Assembly: GCA_012295275.1 (NCBI GenBank)
Contig: CM022670.1
Location: forward strand, 33,418,001 to 33,482,000
Length of the DNA stretch: 64,000 nt
Direction: 5' to 3'
Origin: Chrysomallon squamiferum
Lineage: Eukaryota > Animalia > Mollusca
Shown: positions 40,878 through 54,440 of the stretch, piece by piece
Layout of the letters: every line of letters starts with the position of its first letter
Position numbering within the stretch: position 1 is the stretch's first letter
The notes under the pieces: model-generated
What the model was told of the DNA's origin: nothing
Database searches by the model: none
Seen by the model: the letters and a program-made list of their open reading frames with translations, nothing else
Position numbers and translations under genes: made by a program

Positions 40878-42326
40878 TTTTTTTCTCTGTTTTAGAAAAT
40901 AACAAAATATGAATGCGTTGAAATAAAAATAAAATTTGTAATTATCATAAAGTATCTTTTAATCAATTCAGACAAAGAATAAAAAATAAATTCTTTAATT
41001 TAATAAAATGATAATAATAATAACAAAATCAGAAGCAGCAACAACAACAACAATAACAATGATGATGATGATGATGAAGATGATGATGACAACAAGAACA
41101 ATAATAAAATAATCTTCTCATGCACGTATTTAAAACAGTCTGTGGAAAAAAGATTTTCTGCTATTAAATAATAAATAAATAAATTTAAAAAAATAAATAA
41201 ATAAATAAATAAAATAAAATAAAATAAAAATAGATTAGTTTGATGCTTAATAACAGTTCACAAGATATACTGGTATGTTTTCAGTACTTCATAATATGAA
41301 GTATTCTACAGATGTTTTAACAAAACAGAACCCACACGGACTACAGTACACTTCATAATCTTTCTAAAAAATACTGACCTCCTTAAATGAACCGTTTTAA
41401 ACAACTCATCCTATATACCAGGCTTTTTTTTTTTTTTTTTTTTTTTTTTTCTCGAATAGTTTATACTAAAATTAAAATCAAACAACAATTACGCCTCTTT
41501 TTTTTTCCTAATTATGTTGATTTTGTATCTTTTTCGTGTAAATATATTTTTTATCCCCGTATATTTTTTTAAATTTGTCTTTTTTCTTTTTCTTTTTTAC
41601 TTATTTTTTCCACGTCCTTTTCAAAATATTTGCCTACGATCGTTGCGCAAACGAATAACAACATCGGATTAAAAAAAAATATATAAAAAAAAAAAAATTA
41701 AACAATTTAAAAAACTATAAAACGCTTTTTGACAAGACTTTTGCTTTTTTTTTGCATTTTCACATGAACAAATAAAAACTCGCACAAACCGTTGGCCATT
41801 GTCAATCGAGATAAACCAATATTTGACTAGAAATGCTGTCTTTTCTGAACTCTCCCGTTTATTCGCTCATCAATTTGCTGTGATTCAGCCAAATTACACT
41901 CACTCCATCCTTTTTTCTCCAACAACTCAAACAATATCGGCATTTTCCAGATACACGACATAACAGACGTTTTTTGAAATTTATTTTCGTAGCCTATACA
42001 TTTGCATTGTAATTTTATAACGTTTAATGATCACGTTCGTTAACCGATAAAAAAAAAGGTATTTATTTGATGTAGCATACAAGCTGTTATCTGCGATATG
42101 TCAGCATTTTTTTTTTTTTTTTTTTCCTATTTGTTTTTCTTTGTTTTGTTTTTTTATAAAAGAGCCTTTTCCAAAATAATGCAGTGACTTTAATTCGTCA
42201 TTTCGTATAACTACGTGTTTAATTAAATGAACTTTTTTCTGTAATAGTTTCTGTAAGTTTCTGTTAAATACTATCCTCTACAATAAATATTTTTTAACTT
42301 GTTTTGTTTTCTTATTTATAGCAATT

Positions 42327-42327
42327 A

Positions 42328-42362
<35 letters not shown>

Positions 42363-42490
42363 ATAATAATAATAACAGTAAAATAAATGTTACTATCACA
42401 ACTACTACTACTACTCCTACTCCTACTCCTACTCCTACTCCTACCCCTACTCCTACTCCTACTCCTACTATTACTACTACTAATAATAAT
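42327..42490. repeat. Compound microsatellite (TAG)n-(AAT)n-(CTACTC)n
   Basis: Directly visible. Confidence 0.85.
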
Positions 42491-43199
42491 TTGTAATAAA
42501 TAGACAAATTATATCATTATATTATTACTATAACATTTAATTGTCCAAATGGATTCTCGTTTAGGTTTAGATTGCGGTTTTTTTTTTTTTCCTTACAACT
42601 TTCAAGATCACTGGAGTTTTATCATAACTACTAACTGACTAATTAAGTTAATAAATAAATAAATAAAACCTCAACAAACAATTAGTGTCCCTACTTCTCC
42701 CAGTCTATTTATAAATCAGATTTAAATATGACGTAACTGCTGGAATGTAGTACTGACATGATAATCTTACTCAACGTTCATAAAAACACAGTTTACATGT
42801 TAAATCAACGTGTATTAGCATTTTTATTTTTTTTTTTTTTTATCACAGTAAAGTGGTGTGAAACTTCACAGATATTTGTTACATATTACGCTCGAAATGA
42901 CAGACATATCTGTGCAGTATTTTAAACGCTTTGATTATGTGTGGCAAATATTTTGATACTTTAGGTCTGAGGAAATGTGGTTGACGTTGTCGTCGCTATG
43001 AAGCACACCTTTACTGTACAAAAATGTATGTTTCTGTTATTACAGTTTGATTGTTTCTGCTAATACAACAGTATTACTAGCAGCAGTTGCAGCGTTAAGG
43101 TAATACAAGTAGTACTTGTGCTGAATATGGTTATGTTAGAAGTGATTGTATTAGTGTAATAGCATTAATATTGATTGAAGTAATGTAGTAGTAGCAGTT

Positions 43200-43242
<43 letters not shown>

Positions 43243-43723
43243 AAGAGCACTAGAAACAATATTAGTAATTTTAAAATATTTATTATTAAATAAATAAACA
43301 AACAAACAAACAAACAAACAAAAAAATAAATAAAACTTAAAGGAAAATTCATAAATACCTGTTTCGAAACGTTATTTAAAAGGAAACTTTAAAACGATCC
43401 ATCACACTCCTCTCTTGTGCTTTTGACTCGATTGTTGATATATTTTGATTAATATGATATCATACCCGATTTATCATACGTCTTGTACGTTTCAACCAGT
43501 TGTCTCACTGTTTAAAGCATGCTGTTTACAATGACAGATCTTGCACAGCGTCTAGTATAAGTTTCTTTAATATTATCTGAACGTAAAAAGTATGGTTCTG
43601 TTAGTCTTGTTTAAGATACTGATATTTACATTTCAAAGACCGATAAAAGTGTGAACTTCATTCTGTTGAATATATTAGAATTACGACACTGCGTTGTCTT
43701 TTTAAAAATGATATAAAAATATA

Positions 43724-43728
<5 letters not shown>

Positions 43729-43803
<75 letters not shown>
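43729..43803. repeat. (GA)n microsatellite
   Basis: Directly visible. Confidence 0.95.
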
Positions 43804-43806
<3 letters not shown>

Positions 43807-43876
43807 GGGTAGGTGGTAGTAATAGCAATAGGTGTCTACCGAATATTAATATCATATTGAACTTCGTTATAATAAC

Positions 43877-43930
<54 letters not shown>

Positions 43931-44099
43931 TAATAATAATAATAATATTTTTATTTCAACATCAGTGTCTATGTGTGTATAGTTATACCTATACATAAAC
44001 AATTATACGTGTCTGTGCGTGTGTATGTGTGTGTGTGTGTGTGCGTGTGTGTGTAAAATGAGAAAAATAATAACGAATATCATTTATATAATATTAGTC

Positions 44100-44207
44100 A
44101 TATTTCGAGCGCCTACGAGTTAGCTTATCTCAGTGACACATTCATAAATTAAGCGTGGCCATATCTCTTTATAAATTATTTCCAAATTATGCCCACGAGG
44201 GAACTCC

Positions 44208-44238
<31 letters not shown>

Positions 44239-44529
44239 GGCAAAGTTATATCAACCACCCGTTGCGGGCAAAGACACTGAGCGAAAAAAAAAAAAAGCAG
44301 CTGGCACACCGTCACACGCCAGCGAACGTTTCGATTGCTTGTTGTTAGAGGACAAACACAAGAGCTCAATGATAGAACGTATAGCCTGGCTTTGCCGTCC
44401 GTATATGGAAACCGGTTTTGCCGGTATGCAAACAAGTGTTTTTAAATAGCTTCGCCAGTCGACGGAGTCTCAGTGCTTCGCATAACTCTACTTCACGGCG
44501 ACAGCGAAGTGGGACAGAATGTAGAAACG
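44100..44529 (+). promoter_or_regulatory. CpG-rich promoter/5' leader of the CABIT gene
   Basis: High CpG density immediately upstream of the ORF, TATA-like tttataaa near 44168 and GATA-type CTTATCT near 44124. The TSS is not determinable. Confidence 0.4.
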
Positions 44530-46293
44530 ATGGCAGGAACGGACACACCTTCTGCTCCTATTCCCCAGTGGGAGTCAGAGTCGGTGAGTTTGAAGAACTT
44601 CTCTAGCAAGGGGACTGTGCCCACATTCGCTAAGGTGACAAAGGGATCGTACATGAACATAGGGCATTCGAAATTTTCTATACAGAAACAACACACGGAG
44701 ATACTTATACATTCAATTAAAATGGGTGTGAAGGTGCTTGCTCACAGCGTTCGGCGGATAGAGGGAACGACACGGAGGGGGTATCCGTGTTCACGTCTCG
44801 TGCCTATGGACCAGCGTCTCGCTATTCCCATTTCTTACCAGGGATGGTTTGAATTGTTGTCGGAAGACGGGAAATCGGCAAGACCGATAACCAGTGTTTT
44901 TGAGCTGGCTAAAACTTTCCCTGACAAGTGTTTAGTGAGAGAAAACGTCAAGGGATATCTTGCCACCAGTGATGGCAAACTTACGTTTGACAAAACTCGC
45001 GTCGTGACAGCCGGAGAAAGGCTGATTCTGTGTGGGGATATCGCACTGTCGTCGCCGCAGCATAACAGGAAAGTGAGGATGCTGAAGTGTTTCGATTCTA
45101 AAGGTGAGAATGTTTATTTGAGTTTTGACCAAAAAGGTATTTTCACGCCCATTGCCGGACCCGATGATTTTTTGGGAGTGTTGTCAATTCGTGATATTGT
45201 GAGAAAGTTTCGTCTGCCATTGACCGTGAAGCTTGTTCAAGGAGTAAAACCCAAGGTAGATCCGTCCAAATTCACAGGATTAATTCGAATGGATTGGGTT
45301 TATACCGACGAAACAGCATTTGTTTGTCCACTGGAGAAAAATCACATAAGGATATTGCCTATTCCCACTGACACTAATCTGCATTTAGCAATGGCTAGTA
45401 ATCATACAGAAATCATACAAAGTGAGATGTTTAGAAATCTGACTGTAAAATGCAACAGGATGATATCCAATTACAACAACACAATTCATTTAATCGTGTC
45501 CCTACCAGAGTCTCTGATTAAAAATAAAGGTAAAAACCGAGCGAGTTCAAATATATTTTCCAAACCGCAACAGCTCGAGGAATCTCGACCAGTTCGAAGA
45601 TCCAAGAGCAAGGAAGATTTGCTCATGGACGAAATAGATGATCTGTATCAGTTTGTGAGAGACGGGGGAATTCCACCGCACAAAAACAAATTCACTTACG
45701 ATTCTGATGAAGAAAGCTACTGGGAGGAACCGGCGTACGAACCATTAAACGACTTCAGAGCTCGCTTAATGGCAATAGAAGCTGGCAAAAATGTTACCCA
45801 TCATGTAAAATATAAACCTGCCGATCCGAGAAAACTTGGATTGGATTTTGAACCAGAAGTTGGACCTAGTCAGGAAAATGTGTATGGTGTGATAACCAAC
45901 GGCGGAGGGGATGTAACTGCAGTCCCAAAAGTTAATCCCTCGCCCCCAGTGCCACTGGAGTCGCCCACCCCAGCCCCAGTGGTGTGCACCCCTCCGCCCC
46001 TTCCTCCCAGACAATATGCTCAGTCTGACTCAATTCCAGCTTCTAGTCCTGTTGAGGGAAGCTCTCAAAGGAGTTCGGGATCAAGCGATAAAAAGAAAAA
46101 GAAAGAGAAAAAAAAAAGTCTTGGAAATTTTCGCCACAGTCCTGACACGAGTAGCAGCAGCAGTGGAAGCAAGGGCTACAAAATTGGAAAAGATTTCAAA
46201 GACTCTGATATCAGCTCCAGAACCAAAGACTCCTCTGAATCAGGGTCTGGGTCTAAAAATGTGAGAAGACGGATGAAAACTTTATATTTGTAA
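44530..46293 (+). CDS. Intronless CABIT-domain signalling adaptor (GAREM/THEMIS/Drosophila serrano-like), 587 aa from the first in-frame ATG
   Basis: Uninterrupted GC-richer ORF (the track starts at GTG 44473; the first ATG is 44530). N-terminal CABIT-type motifs: W-x5-SL, P..AKVTKGSY, LAIPISYQGWFELL, TSVFELAKTFP, V..GERLIL, LKCFD..GENVYL....GIFTPI, FRLPLTVKLVQG. The C-terminal low-complexity tail has tyrosine motifs and PPPLPPR. Confidence 0.88.
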   Translation: MAGTDTPSAPIPQWESESVSLKNFSSKGTVPTFAKVTKGSYMNIGHSKFSIQKQHTEILIHSIKMGVKVLAHSVRRIEGTTRRGYPCSRLVPMDQRLAIPISYQGWFELLSEDGKSARPITSVFELAKTFPDKCLVRENVKGYLATSDGKLTFDKTRVVTAGERLILCGDIALSSPQHNRKVRMLKCFDSKGENVYLSFDQKGIFTPIAGPDDFLGVLSIRDIVRKFRLPLTVKLVQGVKPKVDPSKFTGLIRMDWVYTDETAFVCPLEKNHIRILPIPTDTNLHLAMASNHTEIIQSEMFRNLTVKCNRMISNYNNTIHLIVSLPESLIKNKGKNRASSNIFSKPQQLEESRPVRRSKSKEDLLMDEIDDLYQFVRDGGIPPHKNKFTYDSDEESYWEEPAYEPLNDFRARLMAIEAGKNVTHHVKYKPADPRKLGLDFEPEVGPSQENVYGVITNGGGDVTAVPKVNPSPPVPLESPTPAPVVCTPPPLPPRQYAQSDSIPASSPVEGSSQRSSGSSDKKKKKEKKKSLGNFRHSPDTSSSSSGSKGYKIGKDFKDSDISSRTKDSSESGSGSKNVRRRMKTLYL

Positions 46294-47159
46294 TTTAATT
46301 AATTTCTGTTGGATCATGTGGATTTCAGTGGAGAACTCATTTCTTTTTTTAGTAAGTGAAGTTCTCCATTTGTGTCTTTGACTGGGTATACCAGTAACAA
46401 GAAACAAAGGTTTAGTGTGTTATTTATTGTTGAATTTATATGTTGTTGTTTTTTTTATTATTATTTTTTGTTTAGTTTTTGTTTAGATTAGAAGGAAATC
46501 GAATGTATTTGATATTTTTTTAAATTAACAAAGTGAAAGTGAGATTATATTCTTAAATACAAAAAAAAAGAAAAATATTTAAATAAGAATTTAAAAGGAA
46601 AAAGAATTACTGTAGATATTTATTTTTGTACATTAAAAATTTATACTAGAAACCTAAATTTAGAGTTTTCGCTAAATTGACCAAAACGATATTTTGTATT
46701 CAGACTGAATCTGCAATATAGGTCAGTTTCTTTCTGCTGTTATGACTAAACTGTAACATGTATATTTTATTAATTTATAAACTATTTTAATATGATGGTT
46801 TTAACTGTTATTATTTTACTTCTATATTAGTATTTCCTTACATGCTACATTAAAGCAGGGTTATAAAATATTTAACTTTGATAAAACAACAGAATTCATG
46901 AAAATAACAGCAATCTAACTCTTTCTATAATTAGTAAATTATAATATGAAAGTACTTATCGAAATTAACCACATTTCCAAATAATAGGATTAATTCAAGA
47001 TAATGAAACATTGACTTATAATTAAGGTCTTTGAAATTCTGCATAATTGAAACAAAACAGATATTCGTATATTACCAGTGATTTATGACATATTATTTTG
47101 GTATGTTTAAAACATCACAGATGTCTTTATGTGTCAGTATGTCTGTCTTTCTCTTTGTG

Positions 47160-47405
47160 TGTATGTGTATGCATGTATGTATGTATGTATGTATGTATGT
47201 ATGTATGTATGTATGTATGTATGTATGTATGTATGTATGTATGTATGTATGTATGTATGTATGTATGTATGTATGTATGTATGTTTGTATGTATGTTTGT
47301 ATGTATGTATGTATGTATCTATGTGTATGTGTATACATATATGTATGTATGTATGTTTGTTTGTATGTATGTATGTACATATGCATGCATACATGTATGT
47401 ATGTC
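47160..47405. repeat. (TGTA)n tetranucleotide microsatellite
   Basis: Long near-perfect atgt/gtat array; it is the source of the spurious MYVC/HTYI ORFs. Confidence 0.95.
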
Positions 47406-48223
47406 TATGCGTGCGTACTTGCAGGCTAATATGAATTTAGGTATGAATATTAAGATAACACATATATATTATTTTATGAAATATATAGAGTTTATTTACT
47501 GAACAAGACTATGTACTTTATAATAACTTTCTACTAACAGAATATATATCCTTATATTTGACCATAAACGTAATGTATGAGTAATCAGTAACAAATTTAC
47601 AACAACAAAAAAAAATAAAGTGTTTAAAATTCTCAATGTAATGAGGCACTTAGCCAACATGGTATTAAAAAAAGCATTGAAGCGAAGCCAAACATCTAAC
47701 TTGAAACGAAAACCGTCGCTTTGCTGTTGCTAATCCTAAGTAGTAATATGAATCAGCTTTTCTCTTTCTCTGCGTTTTTCAAAGTCTGTTCATAAACCCT
47801 TTTGTTTGTCTTCAAAACGGAAAACTGACTTGATGCCCTAAATCCATGACTGTTGTCATCTGGACTTGCTCTAAGTGTACCAACTGCAGTTGCCTGCACT
47901 AAGTACACACGTGTAATGTGTGCATTCAGCTTTAAATTAGGGTGGGTCACTGTTGGTAAGTCCTCGGTAAACAACAACACCGTAGTTGTTGCTTTGCTCG
48001 TAGACATGACCGGCTCGTGTGCTTTGGAAAGCTCCACTCTGCCAACTGTAGGATTTAAACACGTCACCGCGATTTGTCGTTTTCTACACGACGAGACACC
48101 CTCGTTTTCTGGCCTCATTTCCATCTCTTTCGTGTTTTTTTTTGTTTTTGTCTTTTTAATAAACAGATTAACGTAATTAATGTCACGTTCAAAGGAACAG
48201 TGTTAATTAATTAATTAATTAAT

Positions 48224-48295
<72 letters not shown>

Positions 48296-49116
48296 AATAA
48301 TAAAATAACAATAACAATAACAATAACAATAACAACAACAATAACGACAACGACAAAAACAAAAATAATAATGACAATAATAGCAATAAATAATAACTGC
48401 GGAGTAGGTAAAAAAACAACAACAACAACAACAAAAAACATACCTTTTATTATGAAATTTTCATATTTTATTATTTTAATTTCACTTTAATTATTAACTT
48501 AAAATAATATTTAAACAAAATAGGAAAGCATAAATACCCTCCCCCAAGAAAAAAAAATGGTGTACGTTTTATTTCTGTTTAATCAAAGGCCTAAGAACGC
48601 TTGTGAATTTTTGATAATTTATTACAGTTTATATTAACAGTAACACACACACAAATATATTTCTATATGTTGTTGATCATTACTTGTTCATCAACCCAGA
48701 AATGTCATATATTGTTGACGTGGTTTATCTTATGTCGTTCAGTATACTCTTTGTGTTTACATTGCCATGTATTGACCTGTCTGTCATCGAGTATTACTCA
48801 CCCGTTCATAATTTTCTCTTAACATCCTGGTTACTGGAAGGTTCACTATTAAATGATTTCTGTCGATCGTGCTGAATTAGGGAATGCTTTGTACCTTTTT
48901 CTTGTTTGTACATTGAGTGCAGAACTTTCTGTGACCTCTTTTTTTTAGGTAGATGGGGTTGGAAGGCGGGCTAGGGAGAAAATAAAACGAATGAGAAGGA
49001 AAACTAGAAAAGATTCTAATGATAGATAACATTTATTTTTTTATTTATGTTAGATACTTCAAATTTATATTTAATTGTCAAGTGTTTACGGGTGTCTGTG
49101 TGTGTACCTACGTCCG

Positions 49117-49249
<133 letters not shown>

Positions 49250-49275
49250 GTATTTATTTCTGGATGGTCGATAAG

Positions 49276-49306
<31 letters not shown>

Positions 49307-50088
49307 GTTCTTTGATACACCAGTTCTGGGCATCATGTTAAAGCGTGAAAACAGTCCAAAGAACTGTTGATCAAGCATGACCTCATTTAACAGGTTAGAT
49401 ACCTAAACACCCAGTTTACAACACGCTGTGTTTTCAGAAAGCGATCATGATGTTTTCTCTAAATCAGAATCCGTTATACTAAAACAGACTTCGAAACTGA
49501 AGCCAATGTGAAATATTAAAGTAAAGGTTAATTAAATGAAATCGCTCTGAAAATCTCTGTGAAAGCAACAGCTATGTAAATACGAACAGACCCATTTAGG
49601 ATTAAGTATCGCTTCATGTGCTTGAGACATTATTATTAATAATCTAAGTGATCTAAAATGTTTTATGTTTTTTCTTTTTCTAATTCCCTTTGTCCCGACG
49701 CACCCTGTAGATATGTATGTATAGTTGAAATTTACCGCTTTGCTGATTGCGTTATCTAGTTTTTTAAAGTTCACTCTTCCGTTTAACAAGAATGCCTGAG
49801 ATACACGAATGTTTTTTATTTTTTTTAACAAAGGTGACTCACTTTTGACAATGTATAACAGCGCACGCTGATATAACGAGGTATTTATTGTAGGTCGAGT
49901 TTGAATGAAAGTGTGCAGAAAGGCTTAACGTTATAAATGCTTTGAGAATTTGTTTATTATTATCATGTGATATCCGCACACTCATTCATACGCACGCACC
50001 CATACGCATATACCCACATATACATAGAGAATTGATATTAAATTATAAATAATTATAATGATGAAATAATTTATAAATAATCATAATA

Positions 50089-50129
<41 letters not shown>

Positions 50130-50699
50130 GCAACTAAATACTGCAGCTATTAAAATCAAAATTCCTGTTGGCTGTTGCCACAGTCACACCGATTATTGCA
50201 ATCTTAACCAGTCAATCAGTCACTTAATTAATCAGTCGCTAGACCACTGAAGCATATCTGTCCTGGAAACACTATTAATTTAAACTATTGTTAAATACAT
50301 CAATGACAACATATACTAATTGTAGACCTCTGCAAATAGTTTTGCTTTTGAGCAGACACCTTAATATCGATGTTGTTGTAACTAGCACGAATGCAATGAA
50401 AAGAAAAGATTTTCAGTCTCTTAGGTAACAGTTTTTACGCGATTTAATTAGGGAAGATAACAGGGAAACCAGTAACTTATAAATATAATCTGAGACAAAT
50501 TTATTTTATTTATATTAGCTGGTTTTCTATTATAAGAAGAGATCATTATGTTATTTGTTAGTAGACTGATTATTGCAAAATTAAGAAAGGCAAATTGATG
50601 TAGCTTTTCCTATAGTGTAATTATATTAATATTATTATTATTATTATTATGATTATTATTATTATTATTATTATTATTATCATTATTATTATTATTATA

Positions 50700-50742
<43 letters not shown>

Positions 50743-51525
50743 TTATTAGTTTTATTTTTATTTACATTTTTATTTTTACTTTCATTTATTTTTATTTAGT
50801 TAGTTTTGTTGCGGAAGCTGTTGACTGAAACAAAACGAGAAAAATGTTCTGTGTGCACGTTGAATTAAACCTGTCTGAACTCGATACCCTTCCTAGATGT
50901 ATATTTAATGATGTAGGTTTTAGCTTTCTAGGTAGAATAGTCTGTGTTAGAGGAAACGATAGAAAATAAAGGGTGACAGACAGAAAATAAGATGGGAAGA
51001 TAAAGAACACAGGGACAGGGGAGAGAAAGAGGCAGATAAATAATAAGAGAGAGAATGAAATGAACGTGAAAGAGAGAACGAAATACAAACCAGTTGATAG
51101 ACACAGACAGACACACTGACTGTTAGACAGAGGTGTTACTATAACAGCAATACATCTGTCCATTTAGTTCTGGATTCAAACCAGAACCAGAAACGACAGC
51201 AACATCTCAGGACGTTTCAGTAGTTCACAGAGTTGGCAGAAATAATTATCTCGCTGGTCAGTGATATCTGATAACCGGTGTCAGATCGTAGTACGTGATC
51301 CATGCTGAAATCATTTTAACAATGCTGACATGCTTCCCGAATTTAAGTTTTACAAGCCAGTGAAACATGATGCTGATTTAGTAATCAATATAATAAGAAT
51401 ACAATTGTTCGCAGATTATAAACTGAAAAATATCCAGAACGACAACTGAATAATTACAGTGGGTAGACCTATTGTTTTTATCTGTTTAACTTTTGTGTTA
51501 TCAGTTATTCATCTAAGCATATTAT

Positions 51526-51761
51526 TTATACATGATTTGTACGTTTAGAACGTTTATGAAGCCTGTAAAATATATACTTAGTAAATATTCATTTAGTAAC
51601 GTCTGTCGGTCATCAGATTATATTTAAAAATTAAAAATCGTTTTACAGTGAAATAAATATAATATGATGATCGATAGGCGTTACTAAATGAATATTTACA
51701 AAGTATAGCCTATATTTTACAGGCTTCATAAATTGCATGTAATTGTACAAATCATGGATAA
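51526..51761. repeat. Long inverted repeat (two ~100-bp arms, ~27-nt loop); hairpin or foldback/MITE remnant
   Basis: Left arm 51526-51626 (...catgatttgtac...tttatgaagcctgtaaaatata...gtaaatattcatttagtaacg...) is the near reverse complement of 51654-51761 (...cgttactaaatgaatatttac...tatattttacaggcttcataaa...gtacaaatcatg). Confidence 0.85.
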
Positions 51762-54405
51762 CGTATCTAAGTTAAGATATAACAAGGGTCATTGCAATTT
51801 CAAACTTCACTTTTAACATGTCATGTAAAAAGTCTGTTAAACCTTTAGAGATCAAAGTGCAAAGTGAGTTTATCAAACACTGCTTTCTTTTCTTCACTCC
51901 CTTTAGGTCAAAAGCTTCTCTTTATATGCGGATTAACCTCGTGGATGGTTTGAAGAATGATGTATCACCTGCATTATTGTCACATCAACCTTGTGCATTT
52001 TGTCCTGCGTGGCACACTCGATCAAACTCTTGAGTCTGATTGTTCAGTCCACGTGTACCACATTTCTGTTACTTCCAGTCCGAGGACGTTTCTCAGATCT
52101 CATACAGTTTCAGTCCACAGCTTGTTAATTCTCACATCACGAAGTCTGGATTACAAAACGAGATGACTACAGTCGCTTTTATGCTTTGATTTTCTTTTAT
52201 TGTTTGTAACTGACATTAAAAACAATACTCGTGTCACTTTTCGACTACTGCCTCCCACCGAACACGCTGTTATCAAACAAGCCAATTAAATTAAACCAAA
52301 GGCTTGTTTAAAAATCAGCTTACAAACACAAGGGACTGAAAACGGTACAATTGATCCCATGACACAATTAAAAAGTAACTGATTGACGCTTTTGTGTTGT
52401 AAAACTACCATGACTAACTGGATGTGGAGAAAATGACCTTCGGCCGGTAATTGTACATTGTTGTGGCAAGTGGACAAACAAAGAGGTTGTTTTGAAATAA
52501 AACATAATTAACTTGTACTGTTTCTGAGGACTGTTATGGTATTAAACTGCAAATTAAGTGAACAAAGAAAAATGCTACCAGTTCTAGTGTGCTTTCTATT
52601 TGATAAACATGATTTTATTTCTCACGGTTTTATTTTATTCATTTCTATTGTTTTCATTATTAAATATGTATCAAGCAGTATGTGCACGCAGAATAGGGGT
52701 AAAGATTTCTTATTCATTTAAGAAGCGACGATTCAAGAACGACTTCAACTGCCTGAGATCTCTTACCACGTCAGAGGTTAGGTAAACAACAGGAAATTCC
52801 TACAGATGACACATAACGTATTTTCTATTACTCCAATTTATTGTCGAACCAGCTGCGTGTTCTGAACGTTAGACCCACTGAGCTGTTATCTATGACAACG
52901 ACAATGAATTTATTCTCAAAACTGTAGGATTACAGATATATAATAACAAAATTAATGTTTATAAGAAATGTTTCAGAAATCGCAAGATCGCTAAATTAAA
53001 AAAGTAACATTAATTTAATCACAAAAAAAAAAATAAAAAAAAAAAAAAAGAAATAAAGAAAGAAAGAAAAGAAAAGAAAAGAAAAAAGAAAATATATTTT
53101 TAAAATATCCACGCTAAAAATCACCATATTTTTTTATTTTTTATTTTTTTTTGATAAATGTTCACATTAAAATATCTTGAACGGATAAACGAATAATATT
53201 ACTCTTTCTTTCATTATTTCATACTTTATAAACAGCTAATATTACACGCTTGAATTATCTGCATTACGTTGTACTTTGACACTGTTAACGCACGCGTTAC
53301 TAATTACTTTACTCTTCTTCGACACATGTCGAGTAACATGCATTGCTGTGCATGTCAGCTATAGACAGAACATAAATAAAAGCTGAAAAGAATAAAAAAA
53401 AAATAAAAAACCCAAAACACGCTGTAACTTTGACTCTGGCTGAGTTTAACAATGAACTGGAATATCGAGTACAGTAAGAAGCCACATTATCCTATAGCCC
53501 ATATACACCAGTACGTGTTATTATGAAACCATTTCACAGGCTTAAAGAATTCATTGCATCGATTTATTGCATAGCCTAAGGCGCAGCAGAATTCAAATAA
53601 TACCCTAAGACGTGTTGATAGGTTGTCAAGGCTTAAACACGCAAGTGCGCGGGTTTTCGCGTGGTTATTAAAAAAATGCATATTATCATTCAATATGTTA
53701 ACCATAAAAGTGCGACTGTCTGAATATCATGCGGGGACATTTGACAAATTAACATACCGAGGTGCTTACGATTAGTACAAATAAAATAAAATGTATGTTA
53801 AAGCCAAATCGTTGCGATATTAAAAATAAATAAATAAATCTTCACGTTATTATGATATGTAAATATAAAACTTCTGTTATATCAGGTGGGCCTTTGCGTT
53901 TTTTTGCTGTTACTCACTGAACGTCTAACAGCAGTACAAAGTGAATCTATAATTATGTTAATGCCATTCCTACGCAGTATTAAAAATGAATAATCATGCT
54001 CGGCATATGGTAATCAGGGAATAGATGAATTTATAATGATTCTTCGACATATTTTGATACAAGCACTCATTTGTGTCTTGCATCATGGTATGTAAGAAGA
54101 TAACAGCTGTTCCCACTACAACAGCCTGGACTGATTTTACCAACAAACGAAACAATTTTGTCAGTTATTTAAAAAAGATACTTTTAATGCAGCTTCCAAC
54201 TGACATATTACAATTTATGATATTAAATCTTGAATTAAATGGTAGTAGAATAAATAGTGTACACCTTACTGTAGAGACACAGATGTACACACACAGAGAC
54301 ACACATAGGCGCACGCTCACACACAAATACACACAAATGAGAAAGGAAGAATGAACGATGGATATAGGTAATTCCGTTTCCAATTTTTTTTTTTTTTAAC
54401 AGTAA

Positions 54406-54440
<35 letters not shown>

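Noticed and set aside
49850-49895. Possible isolated Tc1/pogo TIR remnant (reverse complement tacaataaatacctcgttatatc)
   Set aside because: No partner TIR or internal homology is visible; too short to support.
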